A stretch of DNA of 30,541 nucleotides, from IMG/VR virus record IMGVR_UViG_3300031848_000024, positions 1 to 30,541 of that record; one strand, 5' to 3'. Shown here piece after piece: positions 16,197-24,185 of this stretch (its first letter is position 1; every line of letters starts with the position of its first letter). The stretch comes from a virus. Lineage: Duplodnaviria; Caudoviricetes. Under the pieces are notes generated by a model. It was not told where the DNA came from. It saw only the letters and a list, made by a program, of their open reading frames with translations, and ran no database searches. The translations under genes and the position numbers were made by a program.

Positions 16197-16646
16197 TTGG
16201 CGACCAGACTTACAGCTGCTCTCCGAGCGTTCCTGGAAGGACTAGGAGAGGACGCAGACAACTTTGCGGCCGAATTTGATCACTGGAAAACTCTCGGCCC
16301 CGCTGGCGAGTACTCCAATTATTTTTTTGGCAAAGACGGCGCTTACAGCTCCCCCAGAGTGAACGGGACCCCTAACATCTTGCGTCATGTGCACCTAGTG
16401 CCTGAAGCAGACCAAGCCCAGCTCAGACGCTGGAAGTTGGCACACCGGAGAGGCGCCAGAAAGACCAGCGACAGGGCTCTTGTGTATGTGAGTGACTCAT
16501 ACAGCGGGCACCTGCTGATCTACATCTTGAACGAGCCAGACGCTCATGCAGTTGCCACCATGGCGACGCTACATCATCGAACGGCGATGCTGCAGTATGC
16601 CAAGATTGCTGATCACTTCCTGCAAACGGGCCTAGTTATCGGGTAG
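16197..16646 (+). CDS. YafO-family type II toxin (ribosome-dependent mRNA interferase)
   Basis: FGKDGAY..P...LRHVHL...W...RKTSDRALVY...LLIYIL.EPDAH motifs characteristic of YafO; TTG start. Confidence 0.85.
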   Translation: MATRLTAALRAFLEGLGEDADNFAAEFDHWKTLGPAGEYSNYFFGKDGAYSSPRVNGTPNILRHVHLVPEADQAQLRRWKLAHRRGARKTSDRALVYVSDSYSGHLLIYILNEPDAHAVATMATLHHRTAMLQYAKIADHFLQTGLVIG

Positions 16647-16664
16647 CCCCGACGCCTTCCGCCC

Positions 16665-16686
16665 TGCTACAGTCCCAGCCAGGAGG
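16665..16686 (+). promoter_or_regulatory. Extended -10 promoter and SD of the membrane-protein gene
   Basis: TG-C-TACAGT (16665-16673), then AGGAGG (16681-16686) and ATG 16693. Confidence 0.6.
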
Positions 16687-16692
16687 ACGCCC

Positions 16693-17091
16693 ATGGAAGC
16701 CATCGCACAAATCTGGAAGGGACAAGCAGGACTCGCCAAGACGTACTGGGGCTGGGGCATACTGGGAGGCCTGTTGTGGGGTATCCCGCTTTCAACCGTT
16801 ACGCCTGGAAGCGGCATTGCAGTCTTGGTGCTGCTGGTTTTCGTCGCTTACTTTTTTGTCGTGAACACAGGAATTTGGCGGGCAGCAAGCCAGTACCAAG
16901 GCATGGCCGTCTGGGCGGGGCTGGCGAAAGTTGCAGCCGTCTTCGGGTTCTTCTCGATTGCCGCTGTCGTGATTGCAGTTGCCTTCGCTATCGGGGGTTC
17001 GACTTGGCAGCCAGTACAACCGCCAGCTGCCAAGCCTCAACCCGCGGCCGAAGCTGAGTGGTGGAAAAAGGGATCTACGGAAGTCCGCTAG
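16693..17091 (+). CDS. 3-TM inner-membrane protein with Pro-rich linker and EWWKKG tail; candidate superinfection exclusion protein
   Basis: Three hydrophobic segments and a strong SD; position next to ejection genes and ImmI analogous to P22 sieA; tail similar to the giant-protein N-terminus. The function is inferred. Confidence 0.8.
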   Translation: MEAIAQIWKGQAGLAKTYWGWGILGGLLWGIPLSTVTPGSGIAVLVLLVFVAYFFVVNTGIWRAASQYQGMAVWAGLAKVAAVFGFFSIAAVVIAVAFAIGGSTWQPVQPPAAKPQPAAEAEWWKKGSTEVR

Positions 17092-19787
17092 GATTTGCGA
17101 TAGGTCTTTCCGTCAGGTCCGACAAACTCCGCACCTGAGGGCAAGGCTGCAAACGCCTTCTTCCCGGCGTCATCATTACTGATGGCAATCGGGCCGTTTT
17201 TAGCACCACTCGGTCCCTGCTGCATGACCTCCCCGGTCTGCTCATTGAAGATTCGATCCGGCACCTTGTAAGGCACGCCGCTAGCGTCAATCTGCTGGCC
17301 ACCCGCTGCCACCTTGTAGCGGGCAGGCTGCTCCTTGCCTTGGATTTCGCGGATCTGGCGGGCCAGCGCTGCCTGCTTGGCCTGGTCTTTTTCGGCTGCA
17401 TAGGCGTTTTGCAGGCTTTCCAGCTGCGCGGCTGCGCGGGTCTGGAAACCGGCGGCCGTGCGTTTGAGGCCCAATTCTTCCCCCGCCAAGGCAGTGCGCC
17501 CTGCTTCACGCGCTGTAGCACCTTGATCTTGAATCACCGTGCGCTCGGTAGCGCCTGCGTCCTGCACTGCCGTGCGCTGGTTGGCGCCGCTCTCGCGCAT
17601 GGCAGCCTGGTCCATGCCAGGCTGGGCCTGTTGCATCGCCTGATCGGTAGCAAGCGCTGCGCGGTAGGCTGCGGCTTGGGGCGAACCAGCCGGTCCGTTC
17701 TGGTCGAAGCGCCCGCCATTGGCGGTGATGGAGCTGGCAGCCGTTGCTGCATTCTCCAGTGCCTTGCGCGCGGCCCAGTCATTGGTGGAGTTGCGCACCA
17801 CTGGGGCAGGAAGCGCCGTACCGGCACCACCAGGAACAAATCCAGCTGCCCGGGGCGTAGACAGCGCTTCCGCCGCCGCATTGTTCTGTGTTGAGATCGG
17901 GCCTGCAGTGAGTGGCTGTGCGGCGGGTGCAGCGGTTGTTTCTACGGCCGGGGTTGCAGACACAGCAGCAGGCTGCGCCGGCGCCGGGGGCGCGGGTGGT
18001 GTAGTGGGGGATGCAGTCTTGGTCGAGGGCGTTGAGGCCGGCGCAGGAGTGGTTTCACCAGCACCAAAGAACTGCTTCCCTGCATCTACGACAGTGGGCG
18101 CAACGGAGCGGAGCGCCCCACCCACCACATCGTCAACCACTGCCGGTCCATACGCCAATGCGGCGCGCGCGGTTTCTCCTGCTGCGGCTGCGTATCGCCC
18201 CTGCTTGGCAAGATCGCCAATGGCCTTGCCGGATTCGTTGAATACGGCGCGTGTCCCAGGCATGAACCCCGCAGCCTTGGGCGCTGCGGGTGCTGGCGCA
18301 GGTGCGGCAGGCGCTGGTGTCACTACCGGTGCGGCTGGTCGGCTGGCGGCCTGCGCCTGGGCCCCCTGCACGTACATTGCTGTCTGATTGGCAAGGCGCT
18401 GCTTTTCATCGTCCTGCACGGTGCCGCCATTTGCATACCCTCGTGGCTGAAATCCTGCAGGCGTACCGAATGCAGGAGGCTGCACACCAAAAGGCTTGGG
18501 CTTGGTCGCATCCAAGCCGATAGCTGGTGCAGGCGCTGCTACGGGAGCCGGCGCCAGAGCGGCTTGTGCGGCGCGGCGATCTGGGCTGTCCATGATGGAG
18601 CTGGCTGTTACTTGGTTGCTGCGTTGCGCATTGCGCTCTGCCCAGCCCATGGGTGCCGCCTGCGCCGGAGCGGCGGATGCTGGAGCGGCGGATGCTGCCG
18701 AAGGCGTCACGGGCGAGGTGTTGGCGCTCGCCACGGCTGCCGCCGGAGCTTCGGCGGGGGCTGGTGCGGATGCCACTGGCGCAGGCACCGTGCTCACAGT
18801 ACCGGATCCGACCTGCCCGTTGATAGACACAGAACCGCCCACATTGCCGCCGCTGTAGCTGTTACCGACACGGGTCACATCGTTTTCGATCATGCCGCCA
18901 TCGGCAAAGAATTGGCGCGGCGCAAACCCCGCCGCCTTGGGCATGGCCTTCTGCTGCTCCTCGGATCGCTCATGAGTGGCATTGCGAAGCACGGTCAGAA
19001 CGGCCTCGCCCAGCGCCTGCACCTGCTCTGGTGGCAATTCAAACTCGCCGTTGCTCAGGCGCACTGGCACTTCTTTGCCCTCGTCCTCTTCCTCAGTGCC
19101 ATCGGCTTCCATACCTTGGCCTCCTTCAACCGCATCCATGGGTTCGCCTAGTTCCTCCAGCGCGTCAGGGCCAATGGCCTGGGTGCTGTCGGCGGGCATG
19201 ATGAAGGTGCCGGGGCGCTTTTCAGTTTCGATGGAGTCGCTGGTGCCGGTGCCTGGCCCCCGGATCAAGCCGCCCACCTTGAACCCGCGCGGCTTGACCA
19301 TGCCACCGTCTTTCAGGCCCTGCTCTTTCTCGCGGCGCTGCATGGCCGACATGCCGGTGTAGCCGCTGATGGCGCTTTGGGGGGCAGGTGCAGCAGGTGC
19401 TGGTTGCTGCATGGAGCGCTCGGCCACACGTCCTGCAGCCTCCTGGTTGCGGGCCCGGGCTTTTGCGTCGGCGGCCAGCAGTTCCTCGCGCGTCTTAGGG
19501 CGCAGGCCCAGCATTCCTTTGATGGAATGGACCATGCCGCCATCAGCCAGGTTCTGGGGCTGCTGCTTGTAGCCCATGGCTTCCATTTGGGGGATCATGG
19601 CGCGTAGGCGTGCGGTGTTCGATGTATCCGCTGGTGTCGGGGCCGCCGGCTGAAACCCCATGGCCTGCATCTTGGGGATCAGCTCGCGCACGCTGGCAAC
19701 ACCGCGCGAGCCGAAAGGTACGGCACCGCCATCAGCTAGCTTTGGCACGGTCTTACCCCGTGCGGATTTTGGTTGGAAGCCGTACAT
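17088..19787 (-). CDS. Ala/Pro-rich internal virion/ejection protein (899 aa)
   Basis: Low complexity; repeated xx(D/N/V)GG motifs; tape-measure-like GPGTGTSDSI...VRLSNGEF module; small C-terminal domain ALPSGAEFVGPDGKTYRK; located between the tail genes and the giant gene. Confidence 0.8.
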   Translation of the reverse strand: MYGFQPKSARGKTVPKLADGGAVPFGSRGVASVRELIPKMQAMGFQPAAPTPADTSNTARLRAMIPQMEAMGYKQQPQNLADGGMVHSIKGMLGLRPKTREELLAADAKARARNQEAAGRVAERSMQQPAPAAPAPQSAISGYTGMSAMQRREKEQGLKDGGMVKPRGFKVGGLIRGPGTGTSDSIETEKRPGTFIMPADSTQAIGPDALEELGEPMDAVEGGQGMEADGTEEEDEGKEVPVRLSNGEFELPPEQVQALGEAVLTVLRNATHERSEEQQKAMPKAAGFAPRQFFADGGMIENDVTRVGNSYSGGNVGGSVSINGQVGSGTVSTVPAPVASAPAPAEAPAAAVASANTSPVTPSAASAAPASAAPAQAAPMGWAERNAQRSNQVTASSIMDSPDRRAAQAALAPAPVAAPAPAIGLDATKPKPFGVQPPAFGTPAGFQPRGYANGGTVQDDEKQRLANQTAMYVQGAQAQAASRPAAPVVTPAPAAPAPAPAAPKAAGFMPGTRAVFNESGKAIGDLAKQGRYAAAAGETARAALAYGPAVVDDVVGGALRSVAPTVVDAGKQFFGAGETTPAPASTPSTKTASPTTPPAPPAPAQPAAVSATPAVETTAAPAAQPLTAGPISTQNNAAAEALSTPRAAGFVPGGAGTALPAPVVRNSTNDWAARKALENAATAASSITANGGRFDQNGPAGSPQAAAYRAALATDQAMQQAQPGMDQAAMRESGANQRTAVQDAGATERTVIQDQGATAREAGRTALAGEELGLKRTAAGFQTRAAAQLESLQNAYAAEKDQAKQAALARQIREIQGKEQPARYKVAAGGQQIDASGVPYKVPDRIFNEQTGEVMQQGPSGAKNGPIAISNDDAGKKAFAALPSGAEFVGPDGKTYRKS

Positions 19788-19816
19788 GGCAAACCCTTAT
19801 GAGTCGTGTTTCTGCG

Positions 19817-19859
19817 ATTCTTCCGGGTGGCCTGATAAGCGGCAAACCCTACCGGGGGG
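19817..19859 (-). promoter_or_regulatory. Putative late promoter copy 4
   Basis: CCCCCCGGTAGGGTT-N20-GGAAGAAT, followed by 29 nt containing the SD-like AAGGG before ATG 19787. Confidence 0.72.
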
Positions 19860-19866
19860 CTGCGTA

Positions 19867-20916
19867 TCAGGCTAGTACGCTGTCCCAGTCGGTCACGTCG
19901 CGCTCGGTGCCGCTGTACCCGCCCTTGCCGCTGACCTGGTTCATGAGGGTTGTCACCATGTTCCCAAACAGGTCCACCACCTCATTGGCGTTGGCCATCT
20001 TGAGCTTGCCGATGACTTCCGCCCGGTCTTTGGCCGCGCGCTCGTCAAAATCAAGCCCGAACCGGCGCGTTGCGACGGTCCGCATCAGCTCGGCAGTCTG
20101 GTTGTAGAACCGCTCATTCATGGCTGTGACGTTGTTGTACGTGTCCACCACCTGGTTCTGGTCGTTGATCCACATGCCACGGGCGCGCAGCTTGAGCTTG
20201 AACGCCTCGGCCACCTGCTCGTGAATTTTGCGGATACGGCTCATGCTGGCGTCCAGCGACACGCGGGCGAGGCGCATCTTCTCTGCGCGCTCCTGTGCAA
20301 GGCGCTCGGCATGCGCTCGGGTGACCGCCTCAGCTGCAGCGCCCACACTCCCGCCGTGCAGTCGGGCCAACCCCTCCAGCGCCTGGCCGTGGGCGAACCT
20401 GTGACCCGCAGCGGCAGCCGCATCCAGTACCTGGCGTTCTTGGGCATAGGCTTGGCGTCGCGCCAGCAGGAATGCGGTGTTCGCTGGCGTGCTGTCCACC
20501 ACCTCGTTATACGAGACGCCGACTGCAGACGCCAGCGCGGCCTGCACGAACGCATCGGCGTCTGCACCGGCCTGCCCCAGCCCCGGAAACAGCGCATCCA
20601 TCTTGTCGATGTAGTCCTCGAAGAACGAGCCCACCACGTTCTCCAGGAACAGGGGCATGCGGTCTATGTCGGGCGTCTTGCCGTCGAGGTTTGCTTGGGC
20701 CAGCGCGCCACTGGATGCGTTGTACTCCTGCCGGTAGTTCGCGTCTGCTGCATCCGGCTTGCCGGGTATGCCCCCCAGCGCCGCGTTGATTTCCTTGTCG
20801 ATGCTTCGGGCCATCGCCGCGTCGGCGGTGTTGATCATGTCCGAGATACGGTCGATGGCGGTGTAGACGATGGCCGCAGAGATACCCTGCATCGCCGTGC
20901 CTGTGGACGTTGCCAT
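19867..20916 (-). CDS. Helical virion protein, putative ejection/internal core protein
   Basis: 349 aa, Ala-rich and coiled-coil-like; tightly coupled to the upstream gene; similar layout to 20920..21912. Confidence 0.7.
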   Translation of the reverse strand: MATSTGTAMQGISAAIVYTAIDRISDMINTADAAMARSIDKEINAALGGIPGKPDAADANYRQEYNASSGALAQANLDGKTPDIDRMPLFLENVVGSFFEDYIDKMDALFPGLGQAGADADAFVQAALASAVGVSYNEVVDSTPANTAFLLARRQAYAQERQVLDAAAAAGHRFAHGQALEGLARLHGGSVGAAAEAVTRAHAERLAQERAEKMRLARVSLDASMSRIRKIHEQVAEAFKLKLRARGMWINDQNQVVDTYNNVTAMNERFYNQTAELMRTVATRRFGLDFDERAAKDRAEVIGKLKMANANEVVDLFGNMVTTLMNQVSGKGGYSGTERDVTDWDSVLA

Positions 20917-20919
20917 GTG

Positions 20920-21912
20920 TCAGCCCTCCGCGTTGATGTTGTTGGATTCGCTGGCCGTGGAATTCACACTCACGCCCGCGCTGTTCAGCGCCGAAGCAGC
21001 CCGCGACGAGTACCGGCGCAGCAGTTTGATGTGAGCGTCCACCGACATTTCATCCATCGTGTTCGCCCTGGCCGTGATGGCCTTGAGCTTCTGGATGGCG
21101 GCAGCATGCGAGTCGTCAGTTGTTTGTACGCGCTCGGCCCACCCGCCCAGTTCGGCCGTGCGAATGTCCATGCGCGCCCTGATGGACTGCTCATCGCGCT
21201 GCAGGCGCGTGAGGTAGTCGTTGTTGCGCCCGAACACGTCAAACATCAGGTGCATCTGCGTGAAAACGTGATCCATCGCCGCTTCGAGTGCGTCATTGCG
21301 CGCCTTGATGAGCGCTTCCACCGCGTCAATGCGTAGTTTGTGTTCCTCGGCCTGCCGGTCAGCCTGCATCTGGGCCTTCGTCCGTGCCACCAGCAAGGCA
21401 GCCTCACGCTCCGCCACGCCACGCAGCGCAGCGTTTGCGCCAGCAGGAACTGGCAGGCCCCGTTGGTTGACGGTCAGGATCTGGGTGGCGAATGAATCCA
21501 CCTGCCCCGCCCGGTGTGCATAACCGACATACCCCAGCCCGTCGCCGCCATTGGCCACCCTGCGCAGCCATTCCACAGCAGCCGCGAAGCCCGGCCCTAC
21601 GCTCGCCGTCAGGGCAATGATCCCCTGAAACTCCTCCGCCCACTTGTCGGCCACCTCCTTTATCTGACCTTCCAGCTCACGGTCATGGTTCACAACCAGG
21701 GCTGCGGGTTCATCGCCTGCGTACCGGGTCAAGAATTTCTCGATGGATGGGGCGCCGCCACCAGCGCTCACGCCGGATTCCGAGCTGCCGCCGCCGATGT
21801 TCCGGGAGCTGAAATTCTCGGCATTGGCGTAGCTCGCCATGGCCATGTTCCAGGCGCGGCCCAAGAGCCAGTCGAAAAGCAGGGCCGATGGTAGTGCGCG
21901 TCCGTTCGCCAT
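20920..21912 (-). CDS. Helical virion protein, putative ejection/internal core protein
   Basis: 330 aa, Ala-rich helical, with an 'RGLPVPAGA' motif; operonic with the tail genes. Confidence 0.7.
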   Translation of the reverse strand: MANGRALPSALLFDWLLGRAWNMAMASYANAENFSSRNIGGGSSESGVSAGGGAPSIEKFLTRYAGDEPAALVVNHDRELEGQIKEVADKWAEEFQGIIALTASVGPGFAAAVEWLRRVANGGDGLGYVGYAHRAGQVDSFATQILTVNQRGLPVPAGANAALRGVAEREAALLVARTKAQMQADRQAEEHKLRIDAVEALIKARNDALEAAMDHVFTQMHLMFDVFGRNNDYLTRLQRDEQSIRARMDIRTAELGGWAERVQTTDDSHAAAIQKLKAITARANTMDEMSVDAHIKLLRRYSSRAASALNSAGVSVNSTASESNNINAEG

Positions 21913-21914
21913 AG

Positions 21915-23861
21915 TCAGATCCTCCGCTGGCTGGCCAGCACTTCAAACTGCACAGAATCCAGCTCGAAGGCATCCTTGTCGCTGGTCAGGTCGAACGTGA
22001 AGTAGTTGGCGCGCAGCCCGCGCCCCGTATCAAAGCGCTGCACCTTCATGCGCGGGTCCGTCCTGCGGGCGCGGTAGGTGTAGCTGTTCACGCCGTCGCC
22101 CACCTTGAGGAACAGTGCCCCGGTAGACGACACGCCGACGTGCACCGCACTGATGTGCTTGAGTGCCTGTGTCCCAAAGTCGTGCTGCCCAAACGACACT
22201 CCCGAGGCGATGGGCTCGCCTGCATCATTCGCACCTTCCAGCAGGTAAACGCCGTCCGGTTTTGCGCCGTAGTGCTTGCCCCCAAAGGACGCGAAGCTAT
22301 TAAAGCCATAGCTGTCGTACCGGGTCGAGGCGCTGTTCGCCGTGTTCACGGCCCACGCCTCCGATTCATCGACCGCGCTGCCGGGCGCGCCCCCTGCATC
22401 ACGCAGGACGGCCACGCGCAACCGCTGCAGCATGCCGATCTGCTCCATGGTGCTGGCCATGTAGGTCTGCAGTGCGGAGATTTCATCCTGTGCGCTGATC
22501 TGCTCCATGGCGTCTGCGGCCATGGTCAGCGAGAGCACGGCTGTGGATGTACCGTCGATGCGCTCCAGAATGGCGACTGAGAGGTATGCAGCCGGAGTTG
22601 TGACATGGTAGGCACCGACCGTCTCCGGCACCTGCACCAGCGGGGTGAGTCCGGCGCCGTATGCAATCGCGCGCATGGAGGGCATGCTCGCAATCAGCTC
22701 GGAGTACGAGGCTTCCGCCGACGCGCGCATGAAGAAGCCAGGCAGCGCCGCGTCAAGCCGTCCGGTCCGTGGCGCCTCGGCCGTCATGAACATGCGCGGC
22801 ATGCTCGCAGTCAGTATGGAATAACTCAGGTCATCCGGCTCTTCCATGCCACCGGTCATCTGCAGCGCACGCAGGCTGCCCTGCACCTCGCCATAGCCGC
22901 TGCCGGAGTACGCCAGCATCTGCAGGCGGCCCAGTGACCCGGTGATGCCACCGTCGCCCAGATCGCCAGCCGTCATCGTGAACCTGGGCAGCGCACCCAC
23001 AATGTCGGCCTGGGAAAGCTCTGACAGCCTTGCGTCCAGCGCCGACATGGACGCAACGATGTCCGCAAAGGCCGGGGAGGCGCCGTCCATTTCAAATGCC
23101 GGCAGAGAGCCGATCAGGGATTCCTCAGGCCACCCGCCTTCATTAAACACTGGGTTGTCCACGGCATCGTAGGCCGTGTAGAGCGTCGCGTCGAGCGAGT
23201 ACTCGCCTGGCATATCGAACGGGCCGGAATCAATGAGTACGTCATTGACGTACGCCGCGAACTGGTCGCCATACATCACCCAGCGAACAACATCCGTCGC
23301 GCCGGACCGCGCTGCGCGCAGGTCACCATAGTCGAACAGGGCTTTTTGCTCGCCGCCTGAGATAACGCGCACTTCGGTTGATGTGAACACGACGCCGTAG
23401 AGCAGGTGCCCATACCCGCTGCGCCCAGCTACAGGAAGGGAGCTCGTGAGGGCGAGCCCTACAGCAACACCGCCTGGGCGCGAACCTTGCACATCGGGTA
23501 TGTCGCAGATGATGTAACCCACCCAGTCAGACGGCACTGATTCGATACTGTACGCGCCGCTGTTCCAGCCGAGGTTAGGGTTAATGGTGGGGGCAGACGA
23601 TCCGCCCGACGTACCGCCCGATGATCCCCCAGTACCCACGACCACAGTCCCCGACGTGCCGCCAGGGTTGAAGCCGGGGGTTGTCGGTACACCGCCAGAA
23701 GAAACGCCGGACGATGACGATCCGCCGCCAGATGGTAGGTTGTAGGTATCTCCGCCGCCCCCGCCGCCGCTATCGTCGTCGCCAGAGCCCCAGCACATGT
23801 ACTCAAAACGGGAAGGTATCCCCGTCGCGAAGCTGTTCACCCAAACATTTCCGCAAGGCAT
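21915..23861 (-). CDS. Tail/virion structural protein (Gly/Ser-rich N-terminus, beta-rich domain, repeat stalk, C-terminal beta domain)
   Basis: SD AGGAG; central (A/G)S(L/M)PxxxM repeats; C-terminal WAVN..TRYDSYGFNSF..DGVYLLEG..DFG pattern; position among tail genes. Confidence 0.72.
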   Translation of the reverse strand: MPCGNVWVNSFATGIPSRFEYMCWGSGDDDSGGGGGGDTYNLPSGGGSSSSGVSSGGVPTTPGFNPGGTSGTVVVGTGGSSGGTSGGSSAPTINPNLGWNSGAYSIESVPSDWVGYIICDIPDVQGSRPGGVAVGLALTSSLPVAGRSGYGHLLYGVVFTSTEVRVISGGEQKALFDYGDLRAARSGATDVVRWVMYGDQFAAYVNDVLIDSGPFDMPGEYSLDATLYTAYDAVDNPVFNEGGWPEESLIGSLPAFEMDGASPAFADIVASMSALDARLSELSQADIVGALPRFTMTAGDLGDGGITGSLGRLQMLAYSGSGYGEVQGSLRALQMTGGMEEPDDLSYSILTASMPRMFMTAEAPRTGRLDAALPGFFMRASAEASYSELIASMPSMRAIAYGAGLTPLVQVPETVGAYHVTTPAAYLSVAILERIDGTSTAVLSLTMAADAMEQISAQDEISALQTYMASTMEQIGMLQRLRVAVLRDAGGAPGSAVDESEAWAVNTANSASTRYDSYGFNSFASFGGKHYGAKPDGVYLLEGANDAGEPIASGVSFGQHDFGTQALKHISAVHVGVSSTGALFLKVGDGVNSYTYRARRTDPRMKVQRFDTGRGLRANYFTFDLTSDKDAFELDSVQFEVLASQRRI

Positions 23862-23870
23862 TTGTATCTC

Positions 23871-24185
23871 CTAATCCGAACGTGGGAAACCACCAGGGGC
23901 CTGCGTGTACGTCAGCTGCACATACCCGTCCTTGCACTCGGCGCCCGTGATCCACCATTGATAGCCGGGATACCCCACCGTCACAACCTGCTTGCCGTTC
24001 TCCAGCCAGATGTAGCCGATGGGCTGGCCCGGGAACAGTTCAGCGATCGCGGAGTACATGTCGCCACGGCATGCAGAGCCCTCCGGGGGGAGGCTGCCGC
24101 CACCGCCGCCACCGCCGCCGCCACCGTCGCCGCCACCGCCACCGCCGCCGCTGGTGCCGGGCAGCTTTTCCAGTTTGTTAGCCAT
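23871..24185 (-). CDS. Gly-rich small protein, in frame with the downstream 648-aa gene
   Basis: The start overlaps the upstream gene end, with a GGAG SD; poly-Gly tract; separated from the next ORF by a single TAG plus 3 codons. Confidence 0.6.
   Translation of the reverse strand: MANKLEKLPGTSGGGGGGGDGGGGGGGGGGSLPPEGSACRGDMYSAIAELFPGQPIGYIWLENGKQVVTVGYPGYQWWITGAECKDGYVQLTYTQAPGGFPRSD
24096..24150. repeat. Imperfect trinucleotide repeat encoding poly-Gly
   Basis: (ccg/cca)n on + strand, encoding GGGGGGGGDGGGGGGGGGG. Confidence 0.85.

Noticed and set aside
19788-19850. ggcaaaccct repeated at 19788 and 19841 as a further promoter box
   Set aside because: The copy next to the ATG lacks the C6 half and coincides with the SD-like AAGGG; it is probably a local duplication or chance.
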